NCBI RefSeq assembly: GCF_018350175.1
Contig: NC_058368.1
Location: forward strand, 66,652,001-66,716,000
Reading direction: 5' to 3'
DNA from: Felis catus
Lineage: Eukaryota
Length of the DNA: 64,000 nt
This document shows, in pieces, positions 46,504-58,887 of the stretch. A program made the position numbers and the translations under genes. The notes beneath the pieces are model-generated. The model did not search any database, was not told the origin of the DNA, and saw only the letters and a list, made by a program, of their open reading frames with translations. How positions within the stretch are numbered: the stretch's first letter is position 1; the number at the start of each line of letters is the position of its first letter.

Positions 46504-46971
46504 AAAACACCCACATTCTCGCCTTCTGTCATCAGGAGACTTGGTCATTATTGAAGTTCTTAATCTTACACTGCAACTGAGGACACGTCTGTAACAAAGA
46601 CAACAGCTTTTCCATTTCAACTGTAGAAATTCTCTGCTTTTCAAGTTCCTTGACTATAAAATGAAAATCTACAGTTGAATTAAATCAATACATACTTTTA
46701 TGTTTCTGTAAAATGAATGGAGGATTGGTGATTGTACATCTCACGGGATACATTCTAAATACCACATATGTTTTCAGTGTTTTTACCGTGAATAATACAA
46801 TTTCTACTCTAAGAGCCTGAGGCAGTGAGCCCATAGGGGTTCTGTGCAGGGTATCAGACTCTCAGGTGGGCCAGAGATTAGCCTTTTCCCCAAAGCTGCA
46901 TTTGAAACACAACATAGGGACTTGGGAAGAGGGCAGGTAAAGGGGAACTGAAAGATTTTGTTCTGAACTCC

Positions 46972-47318
46972 TGCTGTGAGCTGAGTTTGTGTTCCCACCA
47001 AACTCATATGTTGAAGACCTAACTCCCAGTTGTGACTGTATTGGGGCATAGGGCCTGTGTGGGAATAATTAAGGGAGGGGCCCTGATCCAATAGGATTAG
47101 TGTCCTTGGAAGAAGAGACACCAGTGAGCTAGCTCACTCTCTCTGTGTGCACGCCGAAGAAAGGCAATATGAGGATAAAACCACTGTCTGCAAGCCAGGA
47201 AGAGAGAACCCTGCTGAAACCTTGATCTTGGACTTGCTAGCCTCCAGAACTATGAAAAAAAAATCTGTTGTTTAAGCCACTTAGTCTGAAATATTTTGGT
47301 ATGGCAACTTGAGCTGAG
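46972..47318 (+). mobile_element. MLT1A-like LTR
   Basis: aactcatatgttgaa.acctaactccc...gccctgatccaataggattagtgtcctt...tgttgtttaagccac. Confidence 0.8.
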
Positions 47319-47379
47319 GTAGGTTCTATATATATACTTCTATAGTGTTTGATATTTTATATAAAAATATAGTTTTGTA

Positions 47380-47582
47380 GAGACGCCTGGGTGGCTCAGT
47401 TGGTTAAGCATCCAACTTCAGCTCAAGTCATGATCTTGTAGTCCATGAGTTTGAGCCCCACATCCGGCTCTGTGCTGACAGCTCAGAGCCTGGAGCCCAC
47501 TTCAGATTCTGTGTCTCCCTCTCTCTCTGCCCCTCCTCCACATGCACTCTCTCTCTCTCAAAAATAAATATTCAAAAAAAAT
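47380..47582 (+). mobile_element. CanSINE
   Basis: Full-length element. Confidence 0.9.
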
Positions 47583-47689
47583 TTTGTCACCAAAAAAAGC
47601 TGATAAATATAACCCTCAGCCACTGACAACCTCACTCCATGTTACCCAGAAATAAAATAAAGCATTCTGGGGTAGATAATATCCTTATT

Positions 47690-47886
47690 TTCTTAAATAT
47701 TTATTTTGAGAGAGAAAGTGCGTGAGCAGGAGGAGGGGCAGAGACAGAAGAGAGAGAGAATCCCAGTCAGGCTCCACACTCAGCACAGAGCCCAATGTGG
47801 GGCTCAATCTCATGAACCCGTGAGATCAAGACCTGAGCCGAAATCAAGAGTCGGCCACTTAACCGACTGAGCCACCCAGGCGCCCC
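47690..47886 (-). mobile_element. CanSINE
   Basis: Full-length element. Confidence 0.9.
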
Positions 47887-48308
47887 TCCTTCGTGATTTT
47901 CAAAGCATGTTGGCTCCATTTATATGTACAGAATAGTTTAATGGCACAAACTGTGAAAATTGGTAATAGTTTTTATCCACTTTTTTACAACAGCAGAGGT
48001 CTAGGATTCCATCCCAGGACTGAGGCAGGAGTCTATCCAGGAGTCTGAGGCAGGGGTCTTTGAGATGGGACTGGTTGACTCTGCACTACTTAGGGTGGTG
48101 ATCCCAGAGGTAAAATTTGTGAGGGTGGGTGAAGAAGCTCCTATGAGCATTCACGCTGCACTACTTTTAAGGAATTATTGCAATTAACTCTACATAGGGT
48201 TGGGATGACAGACTGAGTGAGGGTAAAGTGTGTGAATCTTTAATTTTGTGTTACCGTAGAAATTTAATTGGCTGCTTCCAGCAACGCATGCTCAGTGACT
48301 ATAGACTT

Positions 48309-48853
48309 TATGGTAGATTGAAGACTGAGACAAACTCTCTGTTACTCCTTCAGAGTCTCTCTCTCTCTCTCTCATGGACAGAGAGGTGAAGTGTAATAAT
48401 TCACCCAGGGAATCTGGGCTTGTCTTAGTGATTTTCTTGACCAACAGGACACAGCAAAAGTGTTACTGTCTGACTTATAAGAAGGTTTGCAGCTTTCACC
48501 TGGGTCTGTTGGTCTCTGGGAGCCCTGAGCTGCCGTGTGAAAATTCCATCTACTCTGAGACTATCTATTTAGAGATATGCTTTGATAGACAGTACCAGTT
48601 GATTCTGGCTTCTGGCCTTCACTGCCTAGGTGCCAGACATGAGAGTAATGCTGTCTCAGATCCTCCAGAGTGGCTCGTCCCCCCCGCAGAATACCACCAC
48701 GTGACCTTTGTCATGCCGTGCGCAGCAGAAGAATTGCCCAGCTGAGCCCTGCCCACATACCTCGTCTACAAAATCATGAGATATAATAAAATGCCTGTAT
48801 TATGTCACTAAGTTTAGCGATGGCTGGTTATGCAGCAACAGATAACTAGAACA
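48309..48853 (+). mobile_element. MLT1G/H-like LTR
   Basis: gcagaagaattgcccagctgagccctgccc...aaaatcatgagatataataaaatg...ttatgcagcaacagataactagaaca. Confidence 0.75.
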
Positions 48854-49409
48854 GCCTTCATCCAGACATCGAAATCTAGAGTATAATAATTAAGTAAACA
48901 AATCCATCTACTACCACTTTACAAGTTGATTCTGTTGAAGATTCCTTCGTTCTTTTCAGCCTGGAGAAGCCAGATTTAATGTATCAAGTAAAGGAGGAAA
49001 ACAGAGGTTGTAAAGCCTGCAGGGGGAGACTTTCTCTTGGAGCAAAAGAATGGCTTGACAGCTGCAGAAATTCTGTATCTGATAGCCTCCTCCTGCCGAC
49101 CTCAGGAAATTAAATACGGTTTTGCAGGGGAGACGGATAAGTTAGGAAACCCTATGCAGAGCTGAGACTACTCTGTTATAATGTTATAATCTCTTCTGTT
49201 TCCCAGTGATGGGCCTTAATTTTCAATCCTGAAAGCAAGTTAGCCTTTTTTCCTTCACCGCTTAGAAAATGAAGTTTTTTCTTCCAGATTTTCTGGGAGT
49301 AGTCACTCAGGCATATAACCCTTTGCCCTGCACAGGAGAGAGACAAACTTCATATGACCATGTATGCCACATTTCATCTGCATGATTATAGTTTAAAAGA
49401 AATTCTTTA

Positions 49410-49831
49410 AAAAATTTTTTTGGATGTTTATTCATTTTTGAGAGACAAAGAGAGACAGAGCGTGAGTGGGGGAGAGGCAGAGAGAGAGAGAGAGAGAGAG
49501 AGGTAGGCACAGAATCCAAAGCAGACTCCAGGCTCTGACATGTCAGCACAGAGCCGGACGCGGGGCTTGAACTCACTAACAGCAAGATCATTACCTAAAC
49601 GGAAGTCAGACGCTTAACCGACTGAGGCACCCAGGAGCCCCAATGTTTATTTATTTTTGAAAGAGAGAGAGAGCATGAGCAGGGGAGGGACAGAGAGAGA
49701 GGGAGACAGAGGATCCAAGCAGACTCTGCACTGTCAGCACAGAGCCCGACACGGGGCCCAAACCCACGGACCGTGAGATCATGACCTGAGCTGAAGTCGG
49801 CGTTCAACCGACTACGCCACCCAGGCACCCC
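49410..49831 (-). mobile_element. Two tandem CanSINEs (49410-49641 and 49643-49831)
   Basis: Two complete bodies in the same orientation. Confidence 0.9.
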
Positions 49832-50349
49832 CATTTCTGTTTCTTTTCCAACTCTAAATTTTTGGATTTTATTATTTTGACATACATGTGAATAAATTAT
49901 CTTCATTGGACTGAGAAAGTAATCTATTATTTAATGAGGGCCGATTGCACATCTAACAACGATATGGCTCAGACAACCAGAGTACAAGCAGAAGACATCG
50001 CTAGAGGACACAACAGCTTCACTGAAAAATTAACATGTAACAAAGGACTTTGATGACATTTATTTTCTGGGGTTCCACCTCCCTTGCTTTAGCCACCAGC
50101 TTTGACTTTCATCTCTTTGGGGGGATATGTTGCTTAAGGAAAATATTAGTAATGTCTACAGAGATGGATTAATAAATTCCATAGCTGACTGGACTCCCAC
50201 TCAATCCGATGAATCAGTGGTTTTGTGGTTTCTGACATCAGCAGAGCCCATCAATTAAAATACATACTGCAATTAATGAGTTTTTAATTATAAACATTCT
50301 GAATAGGACGCCATCATAGAGGGTAAACAATACATGTTAAAAAGGCAGG

Positions 50350-50560
50350 TAGGAGCAGCACATCGTAAGGAACTCTGACCTGGGAACCACGCGCTCTGTG
50401 TTTGAGCCCCCTTTCTGCCTGGTGCAGGTTTCCAGCTTAACGTTTGGAGCCTCCGTCTTATCATCTGTACGACGATAACAGTCGTATGCGTCTTAGCTAA
50501 CTCATGCAGTTGTTGTGAAGATTAGAATAAAAGGAGGCAACAAAATAAGTGGTAAAGCAT
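50350..50560 (+). mobile_element. MIR
   Basis: gagcctccgtcttatcatctgta...gttgttgtgaagattag. Confidence 0.6.
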
Positions 50561-50884
50561 TGTTTTTCAGAAAAATATCTGTTAGCTGGCCGAACCCAGG
50601 GTAGAGACAGAGGTGTGTCTGGTTCACCCGGGACAGTAGGGGAAGACGGCTGCACCCCAGGTCTGGTGCAGACACCTGCAATGGTTGGGTTGGCTACAAC
50701 TGTTCAGGCTATTCCCCCCCCCCACCGCGCCCCCCCCCAGTATGTTTTCCATTTTAAGGCACATTGTAAGGCTTGTTCACTCTGCCTCTTTTATAATCGC
50801 TCTGATTCTCAACACCTGTCTCCTTCATCCCTTCCAGAAGTCGGTCATCACAGTGAACTGTCATGTCGTGCTGTACTTCTTTAT

Positions 50885-53800
50885 AACTTCTTTATGAGGA
50901 TATAACCACATACCATACAACTCACCCATTAAGAGTGTACAAGGTGACGTGTTTTAGCATATTCACAGAGTTGTGCAATCATCACAACAGTTTTAGACCT
51001 TTTTTTAATCACTAAAAGAAATGTTACATTCATTAGTGGTCACTCCCCATTAGAGTTCAGCTGCCTCACCCCCACTCAGCCCTGAGCAATCGCGGATCTA
51101 CTTTCTGTCTCTACGGATTTGCCTACTCTGGGCATTTCATGTAATCGGGTAGTAGGTGGTCTTTTGTGAGGGGCTTCAAGGTTCATCTATGTGGTAGCAT
51201 GCACCAGTGGTTTATTCAGTTTTATTGTTGGTACTACTCCATCGTATGGTTATACTACATTTTATTTATCCATTAATCAGTTGATGGACATTTAGGTTGT
51301 CTCTATGATTTAGCCATTATGAGTAACATTGCCATGAACATTTATGTAGAAGGTTTTGTGTGAACATACATTTTTATTTTTCCTGTATATATGCCTAGGA
51401 ATGGAACTACTAGTAATATGGTAACTCTCTGTCTAACCTTTTGATGACCTCCTCATTCTGTAGAATGATAATGTAATAAGGGTCTTAGCTAACTGTTTAG
51501 CTATTTTCCAAAGCAACCGTAGCATCATAAATTCCTATTAGCAGTGTATGAGGGTGCCAATTTTTCCACATCCTGGCCAACACTTGCTATTATCTGTCTT
51601 TTTGATTCCAGCCACCCTAGTTGGTATGAAATGGTATTTCCCTGTGGTTGGGTCCGCACTTACTTGATGGCTAATGATGTTGAACTTTTTCTTATGTGTT
51701 TTTGATCAATTGTATATCATCTTTGGAGAAATGTCTGTTCAGATTCTTTGTTCACTTTTAATTGGGTTGTCTTTTTATTATTGCTGAGTGTAAGAGTTCT
51801 TTTTTTTTAAATTAAGTAATTTTTTTTTTTGAGAGGGGGGGAGGGGCAGAGCGAGAGGGAGAGAGGCTCTGTCAGTGCAGAGCCTGACGTGGGGCTTGAT
51901 CATCTCATGTGGTTTTGTCCTTTCTTTTCTTGATGTAGTGTATGACATTGACTGTGGAACCACATTTACTTTCCTGGGATACATGCCACTTTTTCACGAT
52001 GGATAACCTTTGATATGTGTTGCTGGATTTGGTTTCTTTACTACATGTGAGGATTTCTGTGTTTATATTCCTAAGAGATATGGATTTATAGTTTTCTTTT
52101 CTGGTGATATCATTGCCTGGTTTTTGTATCAGGGAAATATTGGCCTCACAGAATGGGTTGGGAAGCATTTTCTGCTATTCTGTGTTTTGAAAGTGTTTGG
52201 GAAGAATTGGTATTAATTCTTTAAATGTTTGGTGGAAGTCTGCAGTGAAGCCATCTGGGCCACGGCTTTTTATTGTGGCAAGTTTTACGATCATTAATTC
52301 ACTCATTTTGTTAAAAGTTCTACTCAGGTTTTCTATTCCTTCCTAGATTTTTCTAATACTTCTTGTGTTTTTCTAAACTTTTTCCATTTCATCTAATTTG
52401 TTGGCATACAGTTATTTATAGCATCCCCTTATAATTCTTCTAGCTTTTATAATCCATTATTACTGTTAGGTTGGAAGTCATGTTCCTCTTTTATTCTTGA
52501 TTTTAATAATTTTAGTCTTCTCTCTTTTTTTTCTTGGTTAGTTTAGATAAAGATTTGACCACTTGGTTGACCTTTGTAAAGTGTTTCTTTTGATTTTGTT
52601 GATATAATCTATCAGTTTCTGTTCTGTATTTCACTAATTTCTATTCTAATATTTATTATTTTCTTCCTTTTTGTTGCTTTAGGATTAAGTTTGTTTTCCT
52701 TTCTCCAGTATCTTAAGGTGGAAAGTTAGGTTATTGATTTGAGATCTTCCTTCTTTCTTAATACAGGGTTTTATAGCTATCCGTTTTCCTCTAAGCACTC
52801 CTTTAGCTGTAAGCCATGTTGAGTTACATTGTGTTTACATTTTTATACCTTGTAAAATATATTCTAATTTCCTTGGTGGTTTCTTATTTAGGAATATGTC
52901 ATTCAATTTCCACATATTTGTGAATTCTCGGATTTTCTTTCTGTTAGCGATTTCTAATTTTACTCCATTGTGGTCTAAGAAGATACTATGTATGATTTCA
53001 ATCCTTTTAAGTCAATATAGATTGTGTTTTGACCTAACATATGGTAGGCTGGAGAATATTCCGTATGTGTTTGAAAAGAATATGCATTCTGCTGTTATTG
53101 AGTGGAGTGTTCTATAGATGTCTGTTTGGTATAGTTAATTTATAGTGTTGTTCAAGTTTTCTGTTTCCTTCCTTGTTGACTTTCTAGTTGTTCTATCCCA
53201 TTATTGAATCTGGGATGTTAAAGTCTCCAAATATTATTCTTTAAAAAAATTTTTTTTAACGTTTATTTATTATTGAGAGACAGAGAGACAGAGCATGAGG
53301 GGGCGGTGGGGGGGAGGGAAGAGAGAAGGGAAGACACAGAATCTGAAGCAGGCTCCAGGCTCAGAGCTGTCAGCACAGAGCCGGATGCGGAGCTTGAACC
53401 CACAAACTTCGAGATCATGACCTGAGCTGAAGTCAGATGCTCAACCGACTGAGCCACCCAGGTGCCCCAATCCAAATATTATTCTTGAATTGTCTGTCTT
53501 TTTCTTCAATCCTGTCAGTTTTTTCTCTGTGTATTTTGGACTTTGTTATTTAGGTATATATATTTTATAATTGTTTTATCTTCCTGACTAATTGCCTCTT
53601 ATTATTACTTGATGTCTATATTTATTTCTATTAACATTTCTTCTTTTAAAGTCTATTTTTCGTCATATGACTATAGCCAATCCAGCTTTCTTATGGTTGC
53701 TGTTTGCATAATGTATCTTTTTCAATCCTTTCACTTTCTACCTGTCTCAATCTTTGGATTTGAAATGTATCTCTTATATACAGCATACACTTGGGTCTGG

Positions 53801-53930
53801 TTTTGTTTTTGTTTTTGTTTTTGTTTTTTTAATCCAGCCTGACAGTCTCCCTATTTTGACTAGATTGTTTGACCATTTCAAATTTAATGTTATTAGTGAT
53901 ATACTTGGATTTATATTAAGAAGGAATATT
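50885..53930 (-). mobile_element. L1 (L1MB-like): 3'UTR and degenerate ORF2, with an internal deletion
   Basis: The ORF at 51905-52168 encodes [39 protein letters not shown], homologous to the L1 ORF2 segment [39 protein letters not shown]. Confidence 0.9.
53242..53468 (-). mobile_element. CanSINE inserted in L1
   Basis: Flanked by tccaaatat(t)tattctt on both sides. Confidence 0.92.
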
Positions 53931-54289
53931 TGTCTGTGAAAAGCTGACATATAATTTATAAAAGCTATGCGAACCCAAATTATTAGTTGATGCAATTATT
54001 TTCTTAGAGCTAGTATAATTTATCAATGTCCATGGAATTTTATGGAATCCCCAAGGATAATATTTCAAAATTAAGGGTAGATTCTAGATCTACTTCTGCC
54101 ATCATTCCCTCACTCATTTATTTATTCATTATGCTTAAAACATTTTTAAACTGTGAGGAACTATATGACTTTTCTTAGACAAACTATTTAACTTCTTTAT
54201 TCATGAGGTAAATGGATTGGATTTGGTAATCTCTAGGGATAATTTTCCTGTTCTGAAATCCCATGATTCTAAATGGTATAGTTGAAGTA

Positions 54290-54807
54290 ATCATTCCTTC
54301 ATTAATTAAGCAAATATTTATTGATTGTCTACAAGTGTGAAGCATTGTGTTAGGAACAAGGAACATAGTAGACATAATTCCCACCTTCATGAAAGCATCA
54401 GGTATTTAAACCAGTAATTAACAAGAGTAATAGCTTTCATGAAAGAGAAAGTACAGCATACTGTTTGGATATAAATCTTGATATTCTAACCAACCCTGGT
54501 GGGACACAGGATCTTTGAAAGAAGGTTTCCCTGAGAAATATGATACTGTTGATTTGAAGGATGAGTAAGAGTTAACAGAAAAGCAACAGTTGAAAAGGGC
54601 ATATGGGAAGAAAGTTCTAGAAAGTGGTAAATATATGTTCTAAGCCTAGGGACAAGAGAGAGCCTAGTGGGTTTGAGGAATACATAAAAATCAAGTATGT
54701 CAGAATTCATGACAGAAAATCAATAGAAATGAGGCTGGAGGGGGAGGAAGGAGATCCCAGAGCTTCAAGTTGGCCTCTTTTGTAATTTTTTAAAAGTTTA
54801 TTTATCT

Positions 54808-54839
<32 letters not shown>

Positions 54840-55260
54840 CACAACCTGGGGAGGGGCAGAGAGAAGGAGAGACAGAATCCCAAGCAGGCTCCATGCCATC
54901 AGCACAGAGCCCGAAGCGAGGCTCGAACTCACAAACTGTGAGATCATGAGCTGAGCTGAGCTCAGGAGTCAGATGCTTACCCGACTGTGCCACCCAGGTG
55001 CCCCTAAGTTGGCCTCTTAAAGAGGTTGATCCTTCACCTGTGTACAGTAGCAGACTATCTAAGCTAAATCAGATTTGTCTTTTAAAAGAGGACCCTGTCT
55101 GTGGAAAAGAGGGGAAATTGGAGGTCTCTGAGGTACCCAAATGGTCTGCTCTATGGCGGGTGTGAGGATGGAGTGAGTGAATGGTTTGAAAGATATACAG
55201 AAAATTAAGTGGATAATACTTGCTAATAGATTGGATAGGGAAGCTAATTAAATGGCTAAT
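54290..55260 (-). mobile_element. L2 fragment interrupted by a CanSINE (54780-55004, minus strand)
   Basis: Starts cattccttcattaattaagcaaatatttattga. The SINE TSD aagttggcctctt begins at 54767 and 55006. Confidence 0.75.
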
Positions 55261-55789
55261 AAATGAGAACTTCATTCTGTGCCTAAAATGATTTAATACA
55301 ACTTATAAAGATGCTTACAACTTAGCTGGGCAAAACATATTTACATGCGTTCTAAAATGAAGACAAGGGAAAATAAGAATAATAAAGTTAGCAGCCAGGG
55401 GGAAGATTAGTTCTTGAAATAAAAGCCCTCAATTCCTGTTCTTTTATAAATGGATAACACAGTTGGGAGACTTGCGCATATTTGTGATTATCTTGAGAAT
55501 TGAGAAACAAGAAAATGTGTTTGTCTGAGAAGATGGTTTTTAAGAACGTTACCGTTGGTTCTAATCTCAACCTGCATTCTCAGGTGTGTAAGAAACATGT
55601 TCTGTGCTTGTTCTAAGTTTTCAGGGAAGCCTGGATGGTGGAGCATTTAATGGGACTTGTTTTTGGGTGTGTCAAATCCCTGGGCTCTGTGCAGTGCCAT
55701 TTGACCCTTCAGATCAACAGCCCCTCTGTGGTTTCCATGCTATGGCCAGGACTCGGGACTCTGAGTGAAGCAGGGGACCTGGATGCCTG

Positions 55790-56340
55790 TAAGGTCTCAT
55801 GAGGAAAACGCAAACCATACTGGGCTTTTCAAATACGAGGGACTCAATATGGAATCTGTTACACAGGGGATGAAACCTGAAAGAGTAAACAGAGATCACT
55901 GAGTAACCAGAGCTAGATATGGGAAGCCATTACCACCCATAGCACCAAAAAATTTAAAGGAACATAGGGGGACTACCAGAATCTGGGAGCACAGGAGGGG
56001 TCCAGCAGAGTTGGTTCTCAGACCTGTGAGCAGGGGCACCACCTGTCTGCTGCTGGGATCTCTGGAAGGACAAGGCTGCCTCTGATTATAGAACAAGAAG
56101 GTAGAAGTGAAGCCAACTGCTGTTGCTGGGGTCATGCTGACAAGACAAAAAAAAAATGGGGAGTATTTTTTTCCCCTCCTTCAATCTTCCATTCTGCCTC
56201 AGAGTCTCCTGTTGGTAGAATACAGCAAGGATGCCAGGTGACAAAGGAGTCTGGGAAACGAACTTGCAGAACCCCGGTTTCGGCATCACAGGTAGAATAC
56301 AGGAGGGTAGATCAGAGCTGAGAGGTGCCAAGTGAATAAT
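55790..56340. mobile_element. Possible old ERVL-type LTR fragment
   Basis: Weak resemblance only (caaaggagtctgggaaa...ttgcaga...). Confidence 0.25.
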
Positions 56341-56732
56341 GGACTCACAAGGGGACCATGTCCCTGGCAGCCTGGCTACTCCAGACTCCCAGGTCTCTCT
56401 CCTTCCAGCAGCCCACCCTCTCCCCCTAACCTGTAGTCATTCCTTCTGCTTCTGCCTTTTCCAAGTCTCCCAAATCCCGTTCTGTCTTCCTCATGATCAC
56501 TCACAATAAATGTTAGTGTCCAATAGAATCAGAGCCTGAATCATCAAGAATCAAAAGACTGGTTCTTTTCTTGAGGACAGATCTTCCCGGAAGATCTGGA
56601 CAGATCTTCCCGGAGGTGAGGGTAAATGTTTTCATTCTATGCTTATGGAGGAAAGAGAAAGAAGAAAAACGAAGAGGTTACTTTCTGTAATAAAGCGGAA
56701 CAACCAACCGTGGCCACAATGACAATATGGAT

Positions 56733-57184
56733 TGAGGTGGGCTGAATAATGACCCGCAGTGAAGTCCACAACCTAATCCCTGGGACCTGTGAATGTGTCA
56801 CCTTACAGGCAAAGGGGCTTGTGCGGGTGGGATAAAGTTATGGACTCTGAGATGAGGGAGGTTATCAAGGATTATCTGGGTGAACCCAATGTAATCACAA
56901 CGGGAGGCAGCAGCTAGGTGGGAGTCAGAGAAGGGCACGTGATCACTGGAGCGGAAGCTTGAGTGATGCGGGCCTAGAATCATGGAATGCAGGTGGCCTC
57001 TGGAAGCTGGGGAAAAGTGCGAAAGAGACCCTTCCCTAGAGCCACCAGACGGGACGCACCCCTGCTGGCGCCTTGAGTTGAACCCCCTAAGACTCACTTC
57101 CGACTTCTGAGCTCCAGAACAGTAAGATAACAAATCTGTGTTGTTTGGGGCAATTGGTGACAGCAGAAATAGGAAGCTAATATA
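56733..57184 (+). mobile_element. MLT1C/D-like LTR
   Basis: ctgaataatg...ctaatccctgggacctgtgaatgtg...ccctagagcc.ccaga...acagcagaaataggaagctaatata. Confidence 0.8.
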
Positions 57185-57189
57185 CCAAC

Positions 57190-57430
57190 CATTTACCGTG
57201 TGGCCACAACTGAGCCTCAGGCCCTGGGCTAGAATTTGCGCAAACACCGATTACATGTAATTCACTCAGCAACTCAATGAGGTTGAAGATGATTATTCTC
57301 ATTTCGCAGATGAGAAAAATGATTTGGAGAGAGAAAATGAATAGACTTCCTATCCTGCCTGATGGTTGGAGCTGGCATTTGTAGGCTGTGTGTCTGCCCC
57401 CAAAGCCTCTACTTCTAACCAATAGAGAAC
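57190..57430 (-). mobile_element. MIR
   Basis: attattctcatttcgcagatgagaaaa motif and flanking sequence. Confidence 0.6.
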
Positions 57431-58195
57431 TGCCTTCTGGCTGGAACCTGTTAACAGAACCTTGGGGAGAAGTTGTCTCTCACATCCTTTAAGGACTATT
57501 AAAAGCAAACAGGTCTGTGTACATGTATCCATCTTTACAGATTAGCAACTAAAGCAACAAAATGCTAAACACATCGGTTGAAATGGCACCTTGACATTTT
57601 AGTTACGTTATTAATTTTTTTAAGATCTTTTTGAATACAAGGTGGGTGCAGGGGTAAATTTTAAGTAGTGTGGATTAACCTATAAACTCAGGATCAGCAG
57701 ACTCTAATAAAGCAATTCCATTTTTATGGACTGACATCATACTTCTTAGTAATAACAATACTTTATCACTACTTTAACACTGACAGGAAATAGCAAGTGA
57801 TATAGAATATCATTACTTTAACATTTATAGGAAATTGAAAGATTGCTATAAATTAGGATTGATAAACATTTTTTGAGGAATAAAGACTTTAAAAAAGGCC
57901 TTCTTTTTAATCCAAAAATGTGTCAGTATTTAGAAATCATAGACAAAAACCAAGAAGAAAATAAATATCACCTTTAAGTCTATGTTCCAAAATTAATACA
58001 AGATGAAAGCTTTTGTGATTTGTGACAGGAACATGAATTTACTTACTCCACAACATGGATGTGCATAAAAATATAGTTTCTTTATTTTGTCTAAAATTTG
58101 GTTTTCCTAATGAGCTCTCACCTCTTGGGATGTCTAATACAATTTAGATGTTGGTCTGAACTAATAATTTAAACAATTCCTTTAAATAACAGTTT

Positions 58196-58415
58196 GGGGT
58201 GCCTGGGTCGCTCAGTCAGTAAGCATCTGACTCTTGATCTCAGATCAGGTCATGATCTCATGGTTTGTGAGTTGGAACCCCGAGTTGGGCTCTGCCCTGA
58301 CATCGTGGAGCCTGCTTGGAATTTTCTCTCCTTCTCTCTCTGGCCCTCCCCCACTCGTGCTCGCTCTCTCTCTTAACATAAATAAATAAACTTAAAAAAA
58401 ATTATATAAATAAAT
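58196..58415 (+). mobile_element. CanSINE
   Basis: Head, (CT)n and tail present. Confidence 0.88.
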
Positions 58416-58647
58416 AATGCTTGGTTTTCTGAGATAATTATCTAATATTCTCAGTTCTTCCAATTGTCTTTAGACTATTATCTGGTTATACTGAGAAGCA
58501 GGGCTCATATGACCTCATAAAAACCAAATGAAAGGATTCTTGGATCCTTCTTTCATCTTCACTTGCCCCCCCCCCCCCAAAATCTGAAGAGACACTTAAC
58601 AAAGGAAGAAATACAAACGCCAATATACATTTGAAAAAATGCTCAAA

Positions 58648-58870
58648 GGGGCGCCTGGGTGGCGCAGTCGGTTAAGCGTCCGACTTCAGCCAGGTCATGA
58701 TCTCACGGTCCGTGAGTTCGAGCCCCGCGTCGGGCTCTGGGCTGATGGCTCAGAGCCTGGAGCCTGTTTCCCATTCTGTGTCTCCCTCTCTCTCTGCCCC
58801 TCCCCCGTTCATGCTCTGTCTCTGTCCCCAAAATAAATAAACGTTGGAAAAAAAAATTAAAAAAAAAAAA
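58648..58870 (+). mobile_element. Young feline CanSINE
   Basis: TSD gaaaaaatgctca begins at 58633 and 58871. Confidence 0.93.
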
Positions 58871-58887
58871 GAAAAAATGCTCAGTCA

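Noticed and set aside
47380..47886. Other inverted SINE pairs (also 61883-62289)
   Set aside because: The partners are clearly more diverged than the 41696-42286 pair and are expected at this SINE density.
57764..57835. Imperfect 28-bp repeat with 44-bp period (similar small duplications at 39231-39254, 48013-48059 and ~60120-60150)
   Set aside because: Ordinary slippage duplications with no sign of function.
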